IMG/VR virus record: IMGVR_UViG_3300045988_103986
Coordinates: 32,001 to 96,000 of that record
DNA length: 64,000 nucleotides
Reading direction: 5' to 3' (one strand)
From: a virus
Shown: positions 58,810 to 64,000 of the stretch, in pieces
Layout: each line of letters opens with the position of its first letter
Position numbering within the stretch: position 1 is the first letter of the stretch
The notes under the pieces: model-generated
Seen by the model: only the letters and a program-made list of their open reading frames with translations
The model's database searches: none
Told to the model about the DNA's origin: nothing
Program-made: the position numbers and the translations under genes

Positions 58810-59706
58810 TTACTGCGCGTCGCGCGCGTTCATTTCTTCAATGATGGAGACAAAATCACCCTTCGGATTCTTTGCAGTCTTACTCAGCTCGTTCAGCTGA
58901 ACCACAATGTTACGAGTCACATAGGGGCTTCCGCTCTGGTATGCCTCGGCATATCGCTGTGCAACCATTTTCTTGTGGCCTTCGCAGAGGTTCGGGTAGA
59001 TCTCCAGCATCTTATCGCCGAGCTCGACCATCTTTGCAAACGCCTGTTTATCCAGCAACTCGCCATCCTTATAGTCAACGCCAAGGACTTCACGTTCCTC
59101 ATCTGTCAGGCCGGACACGATAATGAGCCAGCGTTTCTTGAGGAAGTACCGGTTGAGCTCCGTGAGCACTCTGGACAGATCTTTCTTGGGAACATAGAAG
59201 CTTCCGGTTTTGCCAGTGACCTGACCATACAGGCCGCCTTCGCCAAAGAAAACCGTATTGTCTTCCGCGACTTCGGCCTGCCAGAGGAACTGCACCATTT
59301 CCGTATCACTCGATACCTGTACGATCTGTGGCACGACTGCGGGCTTCGCTTGGAAATCAGCAGCTGCTTTTGCAACCGCTTCCGCAATCATCTTCTGGAC
59401 ATCTGCCATCGTAAAGGTCGGTTCTGCTGCAATCGGAGCTTTCTTTGGAACTTCCACAGTCTCGCCTTTCAACGTGGGGTCCAGAGTAGTCAGCGGCGTT
59501 TCGCTGCCATCGTGTCCGATTCCGACCACGTCTTCTGCGTTAACAGTCAGAACGTTATCTTCGCCAGATGCTGCTTTCTCCGCAGTGTTGGTCGTCTGAC
59601 CCTCTTCCGGGACATCGAAAAAAGCGACTTCTTCCTTGACTTCCTCTGCTACAGGTGTCTTCTTCGGTCTTCCGGGTTTCTTTCCAGTGTTCTTGCTTTC
59701 AGCCAT
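58810..59706 (-). CDS. hypothetical head-module protein (basic/acidic disordered N-terminus)
   Basis: RBS ggaaggag, then ATG 59706 (MAESKNTGKKPGRPKKTPVAEEVKEE...). Confidence 0.55.
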   Translation of the reverse strand: MAESKNTGKKPGRPKKTPVAEEVKEEVAFFDVPEEGQTTNTAEKAASGEDNVLTVNAEDVVGIGHDGSETPLTTLDPTLKGETVEVPKKAPIAAEPTFTMADVQKMIAEAVAKAAADFQAKPAVVPQIVQVSSDTEMVQFLWQAEVAEDNTVFFGEGGLYGQVTGKTGSFYVPKKDLSRVLTELNRYFLKKRWLIIVSGLTDEEREVLGVDYKDGELLDKQAFAKMVELGDKMLEIYPNLCEGHKKMVAQRYAEAYQSGSPYVTRNIVVQLNELSKTAKNPKGDFVSIIEEMNARDAQ

Positions 59707-59751
59707 ATCGCACACTCCTTCCAGATTTTATGGCTATTCCTCCACAAATGT

Positions 59752-59798
59752 TGGCTCCGAACGGACTCGAACCGTCTCTTACAGCACCATGCGGAGCC
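59752..59798 (-). other. tRNA-like minihelix (acceptor stem + T-arm only)
   Basis: Minus strand: GGCTCCG-catggtgctgtaaga-GACGG-TTCGAGT-CCGTT-CGGAGCC-A. Canonical T-loop, no D or anticodon arms, no encoded CCA. Confidence 0.4.
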
Positions 59799-59805
59799 AT
59801 ATGGT

Positions 59806-59837
59806 GCGGGACGGGCTGGAGGTAAGACCCGCCCCGC
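59806..59837 (-). terminator. GC-rich hairpin just after the capsid gene stop
   Basis: gcggggcggg-tcttacctccag-cccgtcccgc (minus strand). No clear U tract. Confidence 0.4.
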
Positions 59838-59851
59838 AAAAGGAGGAACGC

Positions 59852-61075
59852 TTAAATCGTGAAGTGCGCAATTCGATTGCTGAAGATGGAAACCGAATCC
59901 AGCGCAATCGTGAGGTTGAGACCGATCTCGAAGTTAGCGGTACGCGTGGGATCAATCTCGAGGGTGATGGGCGTCGCGGAATTGTAAGCGATGGTCATCG
60001 GCTTTCTGCTGTTCGCGGCCATCATCCAAATGTCGTTTGCAGACAGGATGGTGGTGGGAGCAGTGTTGAGGTTGACCGGGCTGACAGCATCACGCAGCGG
60101 CATCAGGCGCACACCAAGGAACTCGCCCAGCATACCAGTGCTGTTGTAGCGTTCGCCGAGCAGCATAGCCAGCGCAGCGTCCATGTTGACGTTGGTGGAG
60201 CCGGTGGCCTGCGTCGGCAGGACCTTGCCAAGAGCGACCGCAGAGCCAGTGGCGAACAGGTTGGAAGTAACCGTGTTGTTGAGGGCAGCGATCTTGTTGG
60301 CAGCTGAGAGCCAGTTCTGGTTGGAGAACGTGAAGTTCAGGTTGGCCGGAATCAGGGTGGTGTCTGCGGCAGCCGCAGTCAGAGCGGCATTCCACATGCC
60401 CATCGTCTTGGCGTACATACCGGCAACGATGTTGGCAAAGAAGACGCCGAAGTCCTGATTGTTGCCCACCAGCTGGAACCACTTCGCAACGATCTGAGCG
60501 GTCTTGGGCTGCGGGTTGAGGGTGTAGTCCTTGGAGTAGAAGCGGTTGCTAGGAACGCTTCTGGACGCGCCCCAAGAGGAATCCTGGAACACGGGGATAT
60601 CGTTGGAGCCAACGGAGATTGCGTAGGTCTCGCCGAAGCCGACCTCAACGACATCTGCGAAGCGATCAACAGCCTCGGAATAGACGGAAGCGATGATTGG
60701 GGTCACGATCTCCTGATAGATGCCCTGCAGGACGCGATAGAACGCAGAGTTGCCATAGAAACGCTGACCGTTGCGCTTGAAGTCATCAAAGTCAACGGGG
60801 GCAGCTTCGCCGGTCTGTGCGCAGCAGATCTTGGCTGCATACATCAGGTGCTCGCGCTGGAACTTCTCGTTCAGTTCCTTGTAGCCCTTCGGAGTCAGCA
60901 TGTGCTGAACACCGGCGGAGCTCAGGCCATTGGCCGCCATGATAGCAGACTTGCCGTTGGCTGCGTGCTCATAGAAGAGGACTCTGCCCTTCGACACGAT
61001 ATCGGCGCGCTCATCGTTGGCCGCATTGACCATAAAAACAGACGGAGAAACGCTGTTCAGATTGATTTTCGGCAT
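59852..61075 (-). CDS. putative major capsid protein
   Basis: 407 aa with a strong RBS, followed by a stabilising hairpin, and adjacent to a scaffold-like gene. The call rests on size, position and composition, not on a recognised motif. Confidence 0.55.
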   Translation of the reverse strand: MPKINLNSVSPSVFMVNAANDERADIVSKGRVLFYEHAANGKSAIMAANGLSSAGVQHMLTPKGYKELNEKFQREHLMYAAKICCAQTGEAAPVDFDDFKRNGQRFYGNSAFYRVLQGIYQEIVTPIIASVYSEAVDRFADVVEVGFGETYAISVGSNDIPVFQDSSWGASRSVPSNRFYSKDYTLNPQPKTAQIVAKWFQLVGNNQDFGVFFANIVAGMYAKTMGMWNAALTAAAADTTLIPANLNFTFSNQNWLSAANKIAALNNTVTSNLFATGSAVALGKVLPTQATGSTNVNMDAALAMLLGERYNSTGMLGEFLGVRLMPLRDAVSPVNLNTAPTTILSANDIWMMAANSRKPMTIAYNSATPITLEIDPTRTANFEIGLNLTIALDSVSIFSNRIAHFTI

Positions 61076-61092
61076 GTTAATTCACTCCTTCC

Positions 61093-61674
61093 TTATGCGT
61101 AGACCTTGCAAGCCTGCACGTCGACATACTCGAAGCTGGCAGTCGTACCTTCGGTGAACTTTCCGGTGTCGAGCAGTTTGAAGTACAGCGCGCCATTTGC
61201 AGTCGGAGCGGCTGCGGCGGGCTTCAGCTTGCCTGCATCGATGGTGAAGAACGTGTTGGTGCTGATTTCAGCGTTGACGTTGCCAATGCCGAAGCGGTAC
61301 GCATGGTCGCCGTCGAAGACGATCTTGGTGAACGTGCCGTCGCGGCCAGCGGGAATGCCAAGGCCAAGAGTCTCGGTGCCGACAGCGTACATGTTGCCGT
61401 GCTTACCCTGAAGCATCTGAACTTCGTAGGTGTTCGCGGCATAGACGACCTCACCAGCATTGGTGGTGGAAGTCGCGTCATTCATGTACCACGCGTTCTC
61501 GTTCTTGACACCGGTGAATCCTTCACACGGAAGCTGACCGTTGCGAATGACCAGACGGCCGGCATCGCAGTCCGCATCAGCGCTGGAAGCCTGGTATCTA
61601 CCGGTGACATTGATGAGGTCATCGCGGAAGTTGTTGGTCACGCGAGCCTCGAATGCAGTTTTTTCAGTAAACAT
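61093..61674 (-). CDS. hypothetical head protein (between scaffold-like and capsid genes)
   Basis: 193-aa ORF with RBS gagaggag. Confidence 0.5.
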   Translation of the reverse strand: MFTEKTAFEARVTNNFRDDLINVTGRYQASSADADCDAGRLVIRNGQLPCEGFTGVKNENAWYMNDATSTTNAGEVVYAANTYEVQMLQGKHGNMYAVGTETLGLGIPAGRDGTFTKIVFDGDHAYRFGIGNVNAEISTNTFFTIDAGKLKPAAAAPTANGALYFKLLDTGKFTEGTTASFEYVDVQACKVYA

Positions 61675-61691
61675 TTCGTTTCACTCCTCTC

Positions 61692-63104
61692 TCACTTTTC
61701 AGTGGCAGCTTCGACGCCCCACTTGGCGATCAGACCAGCCATCGTACCGTCATCCGCTGCGCCGCTGTTCTGATTGAACTTGTCCCATGCGTAGACCGTC
61801 TTGTTCCGGTTTGCATTCGCAGCATCCAGTCTTTCAACCGCTTCGCCGCAGACGGCGTAAACAGCCTTGGCGACTTCTGCTTCGCCAATCCAGTTCCGGT
61901 CCTTGTCGCACTTGTTGGTGTAAAGGCCGGCTTCGATATCAGTCAGGATGGGTGCGATCTCACTCTCAGCGACCTTCTGCTCACGGTTCGCATTGAACTT
62001 CGCAAGAGTTGCCTTCGCCTTGTCCTTGGCCGCATTCAGACGACGCTTGTCCTCGAACTCCTGCATGGCATTAAGCTGTGCCTTGGCCTCGTCAAGTTCT
62101 CTGCTCAGAGAAGTGACCTTCTCTTCAGCGGCGTTCAGGCGAGTGGTGTTTTCCATGCCGACCAGCTCCATGAAGTCCTGAGTTTCCATGGTGATGCAGT
62201 CCTCGCCCATCTGCATGGCGGTGTTGACAGACATGTTCTGGTAACGTTCGGGGACGATGGTCTCGGCCGCGTTCTCGATGACGTAATACTTGTAAGCGCC
62301 GTCTTTCGCCATCAGGCAGACAAAGACCTTACCGTCCTTCTCGCCTGCGGCCAGAACCTTATAATCCGTGAAACGCGCTGCCAGTTCCGCAAGCTGTCTC
62401 TTGTTATAAGTTTTCAAGTCTTTCACTCCTTCGTGTGATAAGCTCCCGTTATTCGGGGCGTTGTTTGTATCCGGGGCCTTCTGCAAAGATGCCGCTTTGA
62501 GCTTCAAAGTCTTAAATTCTTCGTCCAATGCGGCAAGTCGAGCGATGTTGGCCCCCGGAACAGCCGGAGCAACGCCCGCACCGAGGATCGTGACCCCCAC
62601 TCCCGACCAGACATCCTCAACTTCGATGTCTCCGTCCATGTGGTTTTCGTCTATCAAGGTCTCCACAGACACATCCATGCGCCCTGTTCGCACGATTTCA
62701 TCCACGGTTTCCTTCGCATAGAAAGCGAAGAGCTTTCCACGCGCCACGATCCAAGTCTGACCATCCCTCTTCTGGAGGGAGAAATCACGTTCATCGTCTG
62801 ACAGCGTGCCGACAATGCGTTCCGCCGTTCCGTCTGTGTAGGAGTAATACTGTTCGCCCGTTCTGGGATCTGTCTTGAGCTGGCTGTTATGGCCGTCACC
62901 GATTTTTCCCATGACGTAGGCGATCAAGATTGGTCTCCCTACGAACGTCTTGTAGTATTTTTCTAGGTTCTGGTAATTCCATTTGTTCCGGTTGACGCCT
63001 TCGCGCATCAGCCACAGCTCAACTCCGAACTCGTAGGGGTTCAGCTTTTGGAGAACCTTGAGCTGGCCGGTCGCCACCGTTTTCTGGTTCTTTGTCAGCG
63101 GCAT
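61692..63104 (-). CDS. putative prohead protease/scaffolding protein
   Basis: 470 aa: an N-terminal globular ~200 aa followed by long coiled-coil, Ala/Lys/Glu-rich segments typical of scaffolds. Upstream of the capsid gene. Confidence 0.4.
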   Translation of the reverse strand: MPLTKNQKTVATGQLKVLQKLNPYEFGVELWLMREGVNRNKWNYQNLEKYYKTFVGRPILIAYVMGKIGDGHNSQLKTDPRTGEQYYSYTDGTAERIVGTLSDDERDFSLQKRDGQTWIVARGKLFAFYAKETVDEIVRTGRMDVSVETLIDENHMDGDIEVEDVWSGVGVTILGAGVAPAVPGANIARLAALDEEFKTLKLKAASLQKAPDTNNAPNNGSLSHEGVKDLKTYNKRQLAELAARFTDYKVLAAGEKDGKVFVCLMAKDGAYKYYVIENAAETIVPERYQNMSVNTAMQMGEDCITMETQDFMELVGMENTTRLNAAEEKVTSLSRELDEAKAQLNAMQEFEDKRRLNAAKDKAKATLAKFNANREQKVAESEIAPILTDIEAGLYTNKCDKDRNWIGEAEVAKAVYAVCGEAVERLDAANANRNKTVYAWDKFNQNSGAADDGTMAGLIAKWGVEAATEK

Positions 63105-63106
63105 TG

Positions 63107-63640
63107 TCAGTCACCGTCCTCTTCAAAGAGCTCGTCGATCCAGCCGTCAAAGCTGGTCGCGCTCATCTCGTGTTCGGAGTACATTTGCCACGCATACAGG
63201 AACTTCTCGTAGCTGGCACTGTTCTCCATCTGGAGGTTTTCGAAGCCCCGTCCGAGCGGATAAAGCCCATTTTCATCGCAGACCTCCACGCATTTGCGCA
63301 GGGCATCTTCGATTTTCTGAAGCATGTCGATGATGGACCCAAACACACCATCCAGATCGTCCGGCCGGCCATCGTACTCGGCAGTCGCCGGATAGACTTG
63401 CAGGATATGCCGTTGATGCAGCAGGTCCCCGACAACATCGAAGCGTTGCGGCTGCAGGTGGGCCAGTTTGTGAATGGCATCTGCTGTATTCGGCATTCCA
63501 AACTCGATCAGCACCCATTCCTTCAGCGTGTCGAGTCCGCGCGCCGCATCCTGATACGCGCCGGTCACGTCCTTTGCGGCATCTCTCACGGCAGCGAGAG
63601 CACCGTTTTCAAAATCAAACCGTTCTTTCAGTCGAGCCAT
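63107..63640 (-). CDS. hypothetical protein
   Basis: 177-aa acidic ORF, the first gene after leader element 63661-63738. Confidence 0.5.
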   Translation of the reverse strand: MARLKERFDFENGALAAVRDAAKDVTGAYQDAARGLDTLKEWVLIEFGMPNTADAIHKLAHLQPQRFDVVGDLLHQRHILQVYPATAEYDGRPDDLDGVFGSIIDMLQKIEDALRKCVEVCDENGLYPLGRGFENLQMENSASYEKFLYAWQMYSEHEMSATSFDGWIDELFEEDGD

Positions 63641-63660
63641 TTCAGATCTCTCCTTTCCGT

Positions 63661-63738
63661 GAAAATGAAAAAAGAGCTAACGGCACATTCCTGTGTCGTT
63701 AGCTCCACTAGCTCTTCCACACCGCTGCTCCGGTGTGG
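63661..63738 (-). promoter_or_regulatory. module-leader element, copy 1 (contains the exact 18-mer GGAAGAGCTAGTGGAGCT)
   Basis: Minus strand: cacaccggagcagcggtgtg-GAAGAGCTAGTGGAGCT-aacgacacaggaatgtgccgttagctc-ttttttcattttc. The 18-mer is at + strand 63701-63718. Confidence 0.45.
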
Positions 63739-63782
63739 GATTCTCTATTAACCCAGCCTTGCCTACCTAAACACCTCGCGCA

Positions 63783-63962
63783 TCAGCGCAAGCCTTCGGC
63801 TTGGATGGGAGAGTCTTTTACAAGGTCCCGCTTTGCAAGGACTTTTACCGTATCTTCTACGATGCGGTAGCCGTCCTTTGTGCGTTGTATCCTTATATCT
63901 CTGTTATTATTAAGCGCCATATTGATAATGTGGAGGTCTTCTTTTCGTACAAATTCAATCAT
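63783..63962 (-). CDS. hypothetical small protein
   Basis: RBS ggaggg, then ATG 63962 (MIEFVRKEDLHIINMALNNNRDIRIQRTKDGYRIVEDTVKV...). Confidence 0.45.
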   Translation of the reverse strand: MIEFVRKEDLHIINMALNNNRDIRIQRTKDGYRIVEDTVKVLAKRDLVKDSPIQAEGLR

Positions 63963-64000
63963 TTGTCCCTCCGTATTGGTCAATCATGGTTTCGCTGCCG

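Overview
The whole 64 kb window looks like phage DNA: a temperate, long-tailed (siphovirus-like) phage or prophage, probably of a Firmicutes/Clostridia-type host. The host guess is an inference from a Spo0A-C-like gene, Gram-positive RBSs and a CHAP/SH3 lysin. No host housekeeping genes are visible.

Layout:
- 1-12.4 kb (+ strand): early, regulatory and replication genes. These include two antirepressors, two RHH proteins, a replisome-organizer/Lar fusion and a Spo0A_C-like protein. A reverse-strand DUF4041/T5orf172 moron sits among them. The block ends in a 1.5 kb purine-rich non-coding array of GCAANGG motifs.
- 12.5-22.5 kb (+): tyrosine integrase, a tRNA-3'-half-like candidate att core, three tRNAs (Gly-UCC, Gln-UUG, Met-CAU) and two long structured non-coding stretches. 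Also here are small Cys-rich genes, a TnpB-only IS200/IS605-type element, and an HU / PemK-like / cysteine desulfurase / XRE operon.
- 22.6-64 kb (- strand, convergent on a bidirectional terminator at ~22.56 kb): lysin, holin-like genes and a second TnpB element. Next come very large receptor-binding/tail proteins, the tape measure and the putative tube. Further upstream lie many fibre-like genes, a cassette of small paralogs, and the capsid and scaffold genes.

Most unusual signals:
1. Five tandem paralogous tail-module genes, each interrupted by a G8/G9 homopolymer, all out of frame as sequenced.
2. Two TnpB loci plus a 174-bp TnpB-less LE-RE mini-element that retains the omega-RNA scaffold.
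3. The GCAANGG array next to a protein with RAMP-like motifs.
4. tRNA-flanked long non-coding regions, a ROOL/GOLLD-like context.
5. Several families of exact intergenic motifs.

All domain calls come from reading the translations by eye; no searches were run.
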